Below are positions 39,786 through 49,605 of a DNA stretch of 64,000 bases, in pieces. The position numbers and the translations under genes are program-made. Position 1 is the first letter of the stretch. Each line of letters starts with the position of its first letter. Origin of the DNA: an uncultured Spirochaetota bacterium (GTDB lineage: Bacteria > Spirochaetota > Spirochaetia > SZUA-6 > Fen-1364). Where the stretch lies: positions 480,001-544,000 of the forward strand of contig CAWAHW010000004.1 in the NCBI GenBank assembly GCA_963781885.1, read 5' to 3'. The notes below the pieces were generated by a model, which had not been told where the DNA came from, ran no database searches, and worked only from the letters and a program-made list of their open reading frames with translations.

Positions 39786-41740
39786 ACAAGCGGCGCATCC
39801 TCATCATCGCCGTGGCGGTGATGTTCCTGTCCTCCGCGGGCATCGTCACTTTCCTGAGCGCCCAGGAAGGCGCCCCCGCGGCGGCACCGAAGAAGGCGCC
39901 CGTGCCGCTGGAGACGCGATTCGCCCCGGACCGGATCTATCGGACGGAAAGCGGGGCCATCTGGCGCATCTCCCACGACGAAGGCATCCTCGTGTCCATC
40001 GACGGCGGGGCGACGTGGGGCTCGCGCGTGGAAGGTCTTCCCACGCGTGCGGTCTATCCCTTCCTCCACGACATGCCGCCGATCATCACGGGCTTCGCCG
40101 TCGATCCCCTGAACAACGACCGCGTCGGCATCTCCACGCTGGACACCGTCTTCCTCTCGGGCGACGGGGGTCTCTCGTGGGAGAAGGTGGAGCTGAAGGA
40201 TCCCATCAGATCGAACGACCAGCTCACCTGCATCGCCCTGGCGCCCGGAAACCCCGACGTCTTCAGCGTCGGCACGTCGTTCCACGGATTCTTCGAGAGT
40301 TTGAACAGGGGCAAGTCGTGGACGTCCCTCTCCGAGCCGCTTGCGCCGCTGAAGCTCGGCGGCGGCACGTATGAAGAGATCGCCTCCATTGCGTACGACC
40401 CCACGGACATCACGCGCATCTGGTTCAGCCTCGGTTTCGGCAAGGGGGTGTTCGTCTACCGCAAGGGCGGAAAGACCGTGGACCGCAACGACCTGCCGTC
40501 CAGCCCGTACGCGACCCCCGTGCGGGACATCGGTTTCAGCAGGGAATCACCCACGGACGGCTGGATGCTCACCGCGCGCACGGACACGGCGCGCTGGGAA
40601 TGCCCGTCCGGCGGCGACTGGAAGATGGTGGACACCTTTCAGAGCCAGACGGCCCTCCCGGACGACAAGGCCGCGCGGCTGGCAAAGGCCGCCAACAAGT
40701 ACGGCATCTACGTCTCCTCCTTCTTCGCGTCGGGCAAGAAGCTGCAATCCCACCTCGACTTCCTGAAGGCGCAGGGTCTCAACGCTTTCGTGGTTGATTT
40801 CAAGGACGACAACGGCTTCCTCACCTACGACACCGCTCTTCCCGAGCCCAAACGCATTGGGGCGATACAGAAGCGATTCTCCATCGAAGACCTGGTCAAG
40901 ACGGCGCACGACAATGGGCTGTACGTGATCGGGCGCATCGTCGTCTTCCGCGACAAACAGCTCTACAACTCGGACAGGTTCGTCTGGGCCGCGTGGAACG
41001 CGGGCATCAAGGGGCCGTGGCGCTACGTGAAGACGTCGGTCGACGCGGACACCGGTGAGGAAACCTCCTACCAGGGAGAATACTGGGTCGACCCGTACTC
41101 CGAGCACGTCTGGGACTACAACATCGCCATCGCACGGGAGCTCCAGGACAAGGGCGTCGACGAGGTGCAATTCGACTACATCCGCTTCCCCTCGGACGGC
41201 GATATCGGCAGCATCACGTGGCGTTATCGCAAGCCGGGCATGGGCAAGATGGAGGCGCTGGAATCCTTCCTTGCCAAGGCGCGGGAAAGCCTCACCATTC
41301 CCATCTCCACCGACGTGTACGGCTACTGCGGCTGGGCGCGCATCTCCAACTGGGTCGCGCAGAACATCGAGATGTATTCGCGCTACGTCGACGTCATCCA
41401 GCCGATGTTCTATCCCTCCCATTTCCCCCGCGATTTCCTGGGCACGATGGAGTACCTTCCCCGCGCGAAATACATCTACCAGGAAGGCACGAAGCGCTCC
41501 GCCTACATCGTGGAGGGACGCAGCGTGATCCGACCCTACGTCCAGGCATTCCGCCTGGGCGCGGAGACAAGCTTCACGCCCGCCGTGTATTCCACCTATC
41601 TCCTGAACCAGGTCAATGGAAGCCTGGAAGGGGCAGGGTCGGGATTCACGATGTGGAATGCCTCCAACGACTACTACATGGTCACCGTCCCGCTGGGACC
41701 CATCATCACGGCTGCCAAGGGCCCGGAGGCGCTGCGGTGA
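39782..41740 (+). CDS. Putative glycoside hydrolase (DUF4015-like TIM barrel) with N-terminal Asp-box propeller
   Basis: Asp-boxes SIDGGATW, SGDGGLSW and SLNRGKSW. Barrel motifs VDFKDDNG, RIVVFRD, WVDP, DEVQFDYIRFP, PMFYPSH and RPYVQAF. Confidence 0.82.
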   Translation: MNKRRILIIAVAVMFLSSAGIVTFLSAQEGAPAAAPKKAPVPLETRFAPDRIYRTESGAIWRISHDEGILVSIDGGATWGSRVEGLPTRAVYPFLHDMPPIITGFAVDPLNNDRVGISTLDTVFLSGDGGLSWEKVELKDPIRSNDQLTCIALAPGNPDVFSVGTSFHGFFESLNRGKSWTSLSEPLAPLKLGGGTYEEIASIAYDPTDITRIWFSLGFGKGVFVYRKGGKTVDRNDLPSSPYATPVRDIGFSRESPTDGWMLTARTDTARWECPSGGDWKMVDTFQSQTALPDDKAARLAKAANKYGIYVSSFFASGKKLQSHLDFLKAQGLNAFVVDFKDDNGFLTYDTALPEPKRIGAIQKRFSIEDLVKTAHDNGLYVIGRIVVFRDKQLYNSDRFVWAAWNAGIKGPWRYVKTSVDADTGEETSYQGEYWVDPYSEHVWDYNIAIARELQDKGVDEVQFDYIRFPSDGDIGSITWRYRKPGMGKMEALESFLAKARESLTIPISTDVYGYCGWARISNWVAQNIEMYSRYVDVIQPMFYPSHFPRDFLGTMEYLPRAKYIYQEGTKRSAYIVEGRSVIRPYVQAFRLGAETSFTPAVYSTYLLNQVNGSLEGAGSGFTMWNASNDYYMVTVPLGPIITAAKGPEALR

Positions 41741-43344
41741 GATCGGGCGCGGCGGCACTGATGGTGGCGGCCCTGGTGCTCACGGGTTGCGCCACTCCTG
41801 CCCCGCGGACGGCTGACGATGGAAAAGCACGCGTCGACTCAGAGGTGACGGCGGCCGCGCTGCTTGTTGGAATCGGCTCGCCGCAGAGCCTGGACGACGC
41901 CGCACGGATCCTGGGCCAGCAGGGAATCGCGCGCGACCCGCGGGCTGCCGGCATCGCCGACTTCGGGGCCGGCCTCTGGGCAAAGCTCCTGCCCGCGCTG
42001 GACAACCCCTTTGCCGGCGCCGCGCCCGCATCGGAAGATGATGCGGTGGCAGCCTTTCCCTTCCTGGGCACCCTCGGCACGGCGGTGCGCGCTCTTGAGC
42101 TGCCGGCACCAGCGGATGAAGCGACGCTTGCCGCCCTGGACGATTCCCTTGCGCAGACGGAAGGCTTCTTCGGCGGCTCGGCGCTTGTGCCCTACCTGCG
42201 CGGCCGCATGATGCTTCTTCGCGGCAAGCCGGTCAGGGCTCGCGAGCTCTTCGAAACATCATGGAGCAGGGCACAGGGCTTCTATCCTGCTGCCGCGGAG
42301 ATCTCCGCGCTCATTCTTGCCAATGGCACCGCGTCGACCGAGCTCGCCCTGCTCCAGAAGCTGGCCGCGGCACTTCCTTCCCCTCAGCGCTTCGACGTTC
42401 TTGCGCGCGCTTATCTCGAGACCGGAAAGCCAGACCGGGCCGCCGATGCGGCCGCCCAAGGCCTGCTCGCCGCACCGGACGATCCCCATTTCGCCCTTCT
42501 CCGGGCGGAAGCGATCGACGCGCAGGGCAACTGGTACGAGGCCACGCGCATCCTCGACGCCCTCCTCCAGTTTGCGCCGGACCAGCCTGCTGCGATCCTT
42601 GTAAAGGCGCGTATCATCTACGAGCGCGAAAAGAACGCCGCCCAGGCGCTGCAGATCCTGCAGGATGCACGGACCCGGTATCCCGCGGACCCCGGGTTTC
42701 CTGAATTGCAAGGGAGGATACTCCTGGAGACGGGAAGGGCCGCGGACGGCGTCGCGGCGCTCACGCAGGCGCTCGCAATCGAGCCGGCGCGGCACACGAC
42801 GCTGACCCTTCTCCTGCGCCAGGCAGTGCAGGCCGGAAGCTGGAACGAGGCATCGTCATACCTCGACCGCATACCCGAATCGGCGCGCTCTCCGGACGAT
42901 CTGCGCCTCGCGTGGCGCATGGCAACCGGCATGGGCGACCATGCGCGCGCGGCGGGTTTCGCTCGTGACCTGGAATCGCGCGGCGCGGGCGCGGCAGCGA
43001 TGGCCCTGGAAGCCCGGTCCCTCATCGCATCGGGCCAGACAGCGAAGGCGTTGGGTGTTGTCGATGCGGCGCTGCCGCAGGCGGACGCCGCGCTGCGTTC
43101 CGAGCTGTACGCCATCCGCGCCGCGGCAGGCTCGGCGGACCCGGCAAGCGATCTGCGGCACAGCTTGCAGATCGATCCCGATAACGCCGAGGCGCTCGTG
43201 GCACTTTCCGATCTTCTTGTGTCCCAGCAGGACTTCCGCAAGGCAGCCGGCTACGCGCGGCACGCCGCCGAGCTTTCACCCGACAATGCCGCGCTCGCGG
43301 CGCGGGCGGCCGCGCTGGAAGCCCAGGCGGAAACGCAGAAATAG
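41737..43344 (+). CDS. TPR-repeat lipoprotein
   Basis: GTGA overlap with the upstream gene, lipobox LTGC and many TPR-like repeats. Confidence 0.75.
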   Translation: MRSGAAALMVAALVLTGCATPAPRTADDGKARVDSEVTAAALLVGIGSPQSLDDAARILGQQGIARDPRAAGIADFGAGLWAKLLPALDNPFAGAAPASEDDAVAAFPFLGTLGTAVRALELPAPADEATLAALDDSLAQTEGFFGGSALVPYLRGRMMLLRGKPVRARELFETSWSRAQGFYPAAAEISALILANGTASTELALLQKLAAALPSPQRFDVLARAYLETGKPDRAADAAAQGLLAAPDDPHFALLRAEAIDAQGNWYEATRILDALLQFAPDQPAAILVKARIIYEREKNAAQALQILQDARTRYPADPGFPELQGRILLETGRAADGVAALTQALAIEPARHTTLTLLLRQAVQAGSWNEASSYLDRIPESARSPDDLRLAWRMATGMGDHARAAGFARDLESRGAGAAAMALEARSLIASGQTAKALGVVDAALPQADAALRSELYAIRAAAGSADPASDLRHSLQIDPDNAEALVALSDLLVSQQDFRKAAGYARHAAELSPDNAALAARAAALEAQAETQK

Positions 43345-43347
43345 CGG

Positions 43348-43785
43348 CTAAACCTGTTCCAGGTGGTGGCGGACGTGGCGCAGGTAATCGGCCACGAGCG
43401 CGTCGAGCGCCAGGGGTTCCCCCGCGCCGATGCGGCACGGCACGGACAGCTTCGCCTGCGGAATCCGCTCCACGACGTGCGCGATGTGCCGATTGACGGC
43501 GATCCAGAGCGCGACAAGCTCGGCCCAATCCTCTTCCACGTAGCCCTGGCAGCTCACCCATTCATTCTGCGTGTATCCCGGGAAATCCAGCGTGTCCGCA
43601 AGCTGCGCGCGCACGAAGCGCTGGTGATTGTTCACGGCCGAGTCGATGAGATGGCCGACGACCTCCCGGCGGCTCCACTTCCCCGGGGCGCGCGGCGCCG
43701 CGGTCCCCGTCGCGGAGATGCCTCGCAGGCGCGCACCTTCAGCCTGGACGAGCGTGCGGATCTCTTCTGCGTATGACGAGCTCAT
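43348..43785 (-). CDS. DinB/YfiT-superfamily protein
   Basis: PGKWSRREVVGHLIDS...HVRHHL motifs. Confidence 0.88.
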   Translation of the reverse strand: MSSSYAEEIRTLVQAEGARLRGISATGTAAPRAPGKWSRREVVGHLIDSAVNNHQRFVRAQLADTLDFPGYTQNEWVSCQGYVEEDWAELVALWIAVNRHIAHVVERIPQAKLSVPCRIGAGEPLALDALVADYLRHVRHHLEQV

Positions 43786-43791
43786 GCGCCG

Positions 43792-43820
43792 ATGCTAAAC
43801 CCGCGGTGCACGCCGGTCAA
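43792..43820 (-). promoter_or_regulatory. Putative sigma70 promoter of the DinB gene, leaderless architecture
   Basis: TTGACC-N17-TAGCAT-N6-ATG(43785). Confidence 0.6.
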
Positions 43821-43860
43821 CCGACCGCCGACCGTCCTGAAGGCGGACAGGCACAGCCCG

Positions 43861-43996
43861 GGGGCTCAGCGCGGCCGCGGTAGCTTGCACGGTACTCTGT
43901 GCAGTTCCGCGGCATTTGGGACTAGCGCGGCCGCGGTATCCCGCGGCATTTGGGGCTAGCGCGGCCGCGGTATCCCGCGGCATTTGGGGCTAGCGC
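43861..43996. repeat. 34-bp tandem repeat (about 3.3 units) of the hairpin element, with one nested insertion
   Basis: Unit TCCCGCGGCATTTGGGGCTAGCGCGGCCGCGGTA at 43905, 43939 and (partial) 43973, plus a partial unit at 43861. A 22-nt hairpin insert lies at 43883-43904. Confidence 0.9.
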
Positions 43997-45243
43997 CGCA
44001 ACGCCTCCCGTGCGGCCGGGGTGAGGGCGGCGCGCACCGCGGGCTTCCGGGAGAAGAAGAACAGCGACACGGCGCCGACTGACAGCAGTCCGCCGATCAG
44101 CCAGAAGATGCCGTGGAGCGGCAGCGTGCCCGTTGCGTACAGCCAGGTCCCGATGGCGGGTCCCACCAGGCCGCGCACGCCGTACAGCGTCGTGTTCAGG
44201 CCGAAATAGAGGGAGAAATTGCCCATGTCGGACAGCGCGATCATGCAGAAGAGAGGCACGAGGTCCCAGCCGGCATTCGTAATCCCCGAGAGGATGCTCA
44301 TGGCCAGGAGCTGCGGAGCCGTGCGCGTGAGGGCCATGGAGAAATAGCGCCCCGCGAACAGCATGACGACGAGCGCCAGAACGCGGAAGGGGTTCGTTCT
44401 TTTGAGCGCCCGGGCCCAGAACCAGTAGCCGACGATGCTCGCCAGGGACACGATGGTGCCAAGGTAGAAACTGGCCTCCCCATAGCTCAAGTGGAGGACA
44501 TCGACCATCCAGACCGGCTCCAGGGAGACGGAGAACTTGTCGGGAAAAGCGCAGAGGAACATGAGCGCCAGGAACGAGAGAAAGAGCCGGTTCCGCCGCA
44601 GCATGCCGAGCGTGGCGCGCGCCGGCCGGGGCGCCTGCGCGGCGGCAAGGAGCGGTCCCTTGCGCACCTTGATCCTGCCGAAGGTGAAGCTTGCAAGCAC
44701 ACCGAAGAACGCGGCGACGAGAAAGAGCCATCGCACGATCGCCTCGTCGGCGGCGAGGACGATACCCGCGACCGATGAGAAGGACGCGGAGACAATGACC
44801 ACGAGGATGCGCACATTGCCCATGAGTCGCCCGCGGTACGCGTCGCTGTAGTTCGTCCGCATGATGCTGCCGTACGCGGGCCCGCTCAGGTTGAGGAGAA
44901 TGTAGAAGCCCGAGGCGACGACGAGATACGACAGCGGTGACGAGGCGACGGCAAGGAGCCCGATGAGCCCGCGGCACAGGACGTTCGGCCAGACGGCCCA
45001 GGGCATCTTTTTGCCCCGGTCGGCGAGTCGACCGACAAAGACTCCCAGGAGCGCGCCAGCGAACTGGGACGTCAGCATGATGGTGATCGCCTCCGGGCTC
45101 ATGCCGATCCGGCGGGCGACAATGGGAATCAGGGGGATGGCGATACCGGCGAATATCCCGTAGAAGACCGACGACCGCAGATCGGTCGCATAGGTGATGC
45201 GGTCGGTGAGCGGAAGACGGGAAAAGTAGTCCTTGAGTGTCAC
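43990..45243 (-). CDS. MFS transporter; start uncertain (45243 or 45282)
   Basis: About 12 hydrophobic segments, motif A-like GRLADRGKK and YRGRLMG. Confidence 0.88.
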   Translation of the reverse strand: MTLKDYFSRLPLTDRITYATDLRSSVFYGIFAGIAIPLIPIVARRIGMSPEAITIMLTSQFAGALLGVFVGRLADRGKKMPWAVWPNVLCRGLIGLLAVASSPLSYLVVASGFYILLNLSGPAYGSIMRTNYSDAYRGRLMGNVRILVVIVSASFSSVAGIVLAADEAIVRWLFLVAAFFGVLASFTFGRIKVRKGPLLAAAQAPRPARATLGMLRRNRLFLSFLALMFLCAFPDKFSVSLEPVWMVDVLHLSYGEASFYLGTIVSLASIVGYWFWARALKRTNPFRVLALVVMLFAGRYFSMALTRTAPQLLAMSILSGITNAGWDLVPLFCMIALSDMGNFSLYFGLNTTLYGVRGLVGPAIGTWLYATGTLPLHGIFWLIGGLLSVGAVSLFFFSRKPAVRAALTPAAREALRR

Positions 45244-45256
45244 GCGCGCGGCGAGC

Positions 45257-46207
45257 TCACGCCCGCCACTCGTGGGCGGCAAGCCATGCGACGGACTCAG
45301 AGACTCCCTGGAAGGAGCTGTAGCGCGGGTGGTAGCCGAGGAGACGCGCCGCCTTCTCGATGCTGCAGCACGGGCTGTGGGCGATGTGGTCCCAGGTTGC
45401 CGCCGCGTCGCGCTCGGACACGGTGGACTTCCATTCGTCCCATGGAAGAAACGCGAGTGAAGGCTCGTGGCCGAACCACGCGAACATCCGCTCCGCGTAT
45501 CCCCGCAGCGTCATGGCGGCGGGTGAGACGGCGTGGAAGCTCTCACCGACCGCCGTGCTCCGGTTGGCGAGTGCCGCGCAGAAAAGCTGCGCGACGTCGT
45601 CGGCATGCACGTGGTGGACTGTCTCCATGCCGAGGTTGGGAAGCGCGAGCTTCTTCCCCTCCGCGATGGACTTCCAGGTCTCGATATTGAAGTGTCCCGC
45701 GGGATTCAGGGGGACCCATCCGGGCCCCACGATGTGCCCGGGGTGGACCAGCGTCGCGGGAAACCCGCTGCGATGGGCGGTATCAAGAAGCCAGGCCTCC
45801 ATCTTCGCCTTGTTCACGCCGTAGTCTCCGAAGGGCGCACGGGACATGGCCTCGGTGGTCGGAACGACCTCGCTGTGTCCGTGGACCCAGATCGTTCCGC
45901 AGCAGAGGTAGTGCCCCACTCGCCCGCGCAGCGGCTCGACGACCTGCGCCGTGCTCTCCTGGGTGAAGCAGATCAGGTCGATGACGACGTCCGGCGAAAG
46001 ACGGGCAACACGCTCCCCGAATGTTCCCTCCGCCTCCTCCTTTGCCCGATCGATGGTGATCCTTTCCACGGAACGCCAGATGCCCGCATCGTGATACGGC
46101 GCGCGCGCGCCGCGGCTCAAGGCAACCACGTGGTGCCCGTCCCCGACCAGGCGCGGAACCAGGTACGTGCCGATGTGTCCGGTGGCCCCGATGACGACGA
46201 TCCTCAT
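45257..46207 (-). CDS. NAD-dependent epimerase/dehydratase (extended SDR)
   Basis: GATGHIG, YGVNK and HHVHADDVA motifs. Confidence 0.9.
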   Translation of the reverse strand: MRIVVIGATGHIGTYLVPRLVGDGHHVVALSRGARAPYHDAGIWRSVERITIDRAKEEAEGTFGERVARLSPDVVIDLICFTQESTAQVVEPLRGRVGHYLCCGTIWVHGHSEVVPTTEAMSRAPFGDYGVNKAKMEAWLLDTAHRSGFPATLVHPGHIVGPGWVPLNPAGHFNIETWKSIAEGKKLALPNLGMETVHHVHADDVAQLFCAALANRSTAVGESFHAVSPAAMTLRGYAERMFAWFGHEPSLAFLPWDEWKSTVSERDAAATWDHIAHSPCCSIEKAARLLGYHPRYSSFQGVSESVAWLAAHEWRA

Positions 46208-46262
46208 GGATTATGGATGATAGCCCCCGTGCGGCATCGCGCCAAGGAGGCGGACGGGGAGG

Positions 46263-48499
46263 TCACTTCGCGGCGGCGAACAGATAGGTGATGCAGTCGC
46301 GGACGACCACCTGGAAACGGCTTTTGCCCTGGCGCAGCTCACGGATAAAATCCTTGGGGCAGGTGTCGTCGCACTGCCCGTTGTTGAGGACGTGCCGCGC
46401 AAAACAGCCGAAGCCGTAGAACAAGGGTGGCGTGAAATCGGCGGAGATCCGTACCAGGGGCACAGCGCCGGGGACTGGGTCTGCGGCGGGGGCGGCCGGG
46501 CGCGCGGCGCCCTCCTCCAGCCATTCGTAGGCGAAGAGCAGCCGCGGCACGATCCTGGTCACCAGATCGAGCGCGCGGCGGTTCGCCATATAGAGAAAGA
46601 AATCCGCGAAAAACCATGCGTTCGGCTGCGTCTGAAGCTGCCGCGCGAGCTCGATGTGCGACAGGTTGTTCAAGCCGAACGCGAGCCGCGTTTCGGGGTG
46701 CCCTTCCGCCAAGCGCCGCAGGGCGGCACTCCATACCCCATCTGCCGTGATGACCGGAGGGATGGGGAGCCATCGGAAACCGGCCAGCTCAGGAAGCCGG
46801 TCGATGGAAAGCGCGCCCGGATCGTTGCCGACAAACGGGACCGGGGACACCCCCTCAGGGACCAGAAGCTCGCGATGCGCCAGCCTCACGAGTTCCTCGG
46901 GTTGAAGCGGCGACGCAATGGGATTATCCCGCGGCGGCAGCGGGGCGTCCGTCCTGCCGAGGCCGACGCCCGGACGCTCCGTTTGGAGAAAATCGTAATA
47001 ATCGTTTTTCGCCTTCTTCAGCTCAGAAGGCGGAACAAAGATGCCGTTGTCATCGAGACCAGTGTCGTTCGAGAAAGTGATCCTGCCCGGCCTGAAGAGC
47101 GAATCCCCTGATTCTTCGAGCAGCGCGGAAAGAATCGGGGCAAAGGGCCGCGGCCGCGCCGCCTTGTCGACCGTCACCGTGGTCTGAAAGTGCGACGCGC
47201 CTGCCGCCTGGATGTCCAGCGTCCCGTCCGATGCCAGGCGCACATCCAAGTCGATCGCCACCTTGTAGAGGGGAAAGCCCGCCTCCCGCGGCTCCGGCAG
47301 ATCGAGGAAGCGCGACGACAGGTGCCGGATCTGCTGGCCCTTGCGCGGCAAGTCCGGTCCTGCGTCGACGGGGACCCCGACCGCCACCGTCTCTCCCGCG
47401 CGGGCAAAGGAGACCTCGCGGCCCGCCCTGCGGATGAGGGTCGCCGCGAATGTCACCGGTTCGCGCCGGCCTTCGACGAAGTAGGCGATGCCGTCGTGCA
47501 GCGAGAGATCGCCTTCCAGCCGTACCGTGAAGTCCCTCCCCTGCAGGGAGGAGACGGTGCCGAGGAGCGCGCCCCGGTGCCCGGAAAATCCTTCTGGAGG
47601 AGCGCTGATCCGTGGGGAGAATGGAGCCAGCCCGTGGTCTTTTCCCGCGCAAAACCGAGCTCGGCTTTCCGCCTGAGGGCCTGGTATTCCTCCTCGGACA
47701 ACCCCTCCCCTTTGTCGAGGATGCTCCTGTACAGCCGTGTCACGTTGAAAACGTATTCGGGCGATTTCATGCGGCCCTCGATCTTCAGTGAATCGATGCC
47801 GGCCGCCGCGAGCGCGAGAACGTCCCTGCCCAGGAAAAGATCTCGGCAGGAAAAGAGGTAGCCTTCGAGGCTTTGCTCGGCATCGGACTCTCCGTGGTAG
47901 AGGCTGCGGCATATCTGCGCGCAGTCGCCCCTGTTGCCGGACCTTCCCGTGAGCGCCCAGGAGGCAAGACAGAGGCCGGAAAAGCTGTAGCAAAGGGCGC
48001 CATGGATGAAGACCTCCAGCTCGATGTCCGGGACCGCGTCACGCAGCTCACGGATCCGCGTGAGGGGAAGCTCGCGGGAGAGGATGACGCGTCGGATCCC
48101 CAGCTCTTTTGCCACGCGCAGACCGGCCTCGTTGTGGAGGGCCATTTGCGTCGAGGCGTGGATGGGCAGACGGGGAAAGCTCTGCGCCAGAAGATCGCAG
48201 ACCCCCAGGTCCTGGACGATGACGCCATCCACCGCGAGCGCCTGGAGCAGCCCGAGTGACTCCGCCAGCGCGTCCATCTCCGACTCGCGGACGACGGTGT
48301 TCACGGTGACGTAGACGCGTCTGCCCTTGTCCGCCGCGAGCTGCCGGATGCGGCGGAGCTGCTCGAAAGTGAAGTTCTGCGCGGCCCGACGCGCGGAGAA
48401 GTCCTTCATGCCGAGATAGACGCCGTCGGCGCCGGCATCGAAGGCGGCGAGTGCCGACAGGAAGCTCCCGCCCGGTGCAAGGAGCTCCGGCTTCCTCAC
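46263..48499 (-). CDS. Peptidase U32-family RNA hydroxylase (long, RlhA-like architecture); one frameshift near 47580
   Basis: KPELLAPGG, GADGVYLG, HASTQ, FIHGALCYSFSGLC, NRGDCAQICR and SLKIEGRMK motifs. One added G restores KDFPGHRGALLG. Confidence 0.85.
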
Positions 48500-49605
48500 G
48501 CCGGGCCTCGCAGCTTCGCGACCGCCTCCACGTGGGAGGTCTGGGGATAAAAATCGAAAAGACGCAGATCGTCCAGGACGAAGCCGCCGGTCACGAGCTC
48601 GCCCAGGTCGCGCGCGAGCGTGACGGGGTTGCAGGAGACGTAGACGAGCCGTCGCGGCGCCGCCTCCCGCAGCCACGCGCGCACGGCGGGGCCGAGCCCC
48701 ACGCGGGGCGGGTCGACCACCACGGCATCCAGCCGCCCCCCCGCGGCGGTGATCCAGTCCTCGACACTGACGGGGTAGAACTCGTTCACGTCGCCCGTCA
48801 CATTGCGGCGGGCATAGGCAAGGCTCGTGGTGCTCGACTCCACGCAGATGACGCGGGAAAAATCCGCCGCAAGGAAGGCGCCGAACAGCCCGACGCCGGC
48901 GTACAGGTCCGCCGCCGCGTCACCGCGGAGGCCCTCCAGCGCCCAGGAGATGAGCGCCGGCAGCACGGCAAGATTCGACTGGAAGAAGCAGCCGACGGAA
49001 AAGAGGATCTCGCGGCCGGCGACGGTGACGCAGAGATCGCGGTCGTCGTCCCTGCCCTCCACGGCGAGCAGCTCCCCGGCGGCGAACGCGGTGAAACGAT
49101 CACGGCCCGGGGGCGCCGGCACCGCTCCCGAGAAAAGGAGGTCGACGGCGGGCGCGACGATGGGGCAGTGCCCGACGGTGACGAGCCGACGCGAGCCCGC
49201 GCCCATGTAGCCCAGCCCCGCTTCCGCCCGATGGATCTGCGCGCGGTTGCGCGAGGCGAATGGCGGCGACGGCACGATGTCGATGTCCTCCCGATCGATG
49301 CGACCCGTGCGCCGCAGCGCCTCGCGGACGATCGACGCTTTCTGCCGCAGCTGCTCGTCGTAGCTGATGTGCAGCCAATCGCATCCCCCGCAGGTCCCCG
49401 CGTAGCGGCAGCCCGGGCTTACGCGATGGGATGACGGCTTGCAGACCGCCCCGAGCGCCGCCCTGTCGAAATCGCGGCGATGCTCGTCGATCGTGACGTC
49501 GACCAGCTCGCCGGGAAGCACGCCGGGGACGAAGACCGCCTTGCCGTCCAGGAATGCAAGACCCTCTCCGCCGGCGACGAGCTTGACGATCGAAAGCGTT
49601 TTCAC
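48496..49605 (-). CDS. rlmD: 23S rRNA m5U methyltransferase (RlmD/TrmA family, TRAM domain)
   Basis: TRAM domain, C...CGGC Fe-S motif, FFQSN, DLYAGVG, VDPPR, YVSCNP and DFYPQTSHVE. Confidence 0.88.
   Translation of the reverse strand: MKTLSIVKLVAGGEGLAFLDGKAVFVPGVLPGELVDVTIDEHRRDFDRAALGAVCKPSSHRVSPGCRYAGTCGGCDWLHISYDEQLRQKASIVREALRRTGRIDREDIDIVPSPPFASRNRAQIHRAEAGLGYMGAGSRRLVTVGHCPIVAPAVDLLFSGAVPAPPGRDRFTAFAAGELLAVEGRDDDRDLCVTVAGREILFSVGCFFQSNLAVLPALISWALEGLRGDAAADLYAGVGLFGAFLAADFSRVICVESSTTSLAYARRNVTGDVNEFYPVSVEDWITAAGGRLDAVVVDPPRVGLGPAVRAWLREAAPRRLVYVSCNPVTLARDLGELVTGGFVLDDLRLFDFYPQTSHVEAVAKLRGPA

Noticed and set aside
43861-43996. Possible mini CRISPR array (palindromic ~34-bp repeats)
   Set aside because: The units are contiguous with no unique spacers apart from one 22-nt self-palindromic insert. 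There is no AT-rich leader and no cas gene in the window.
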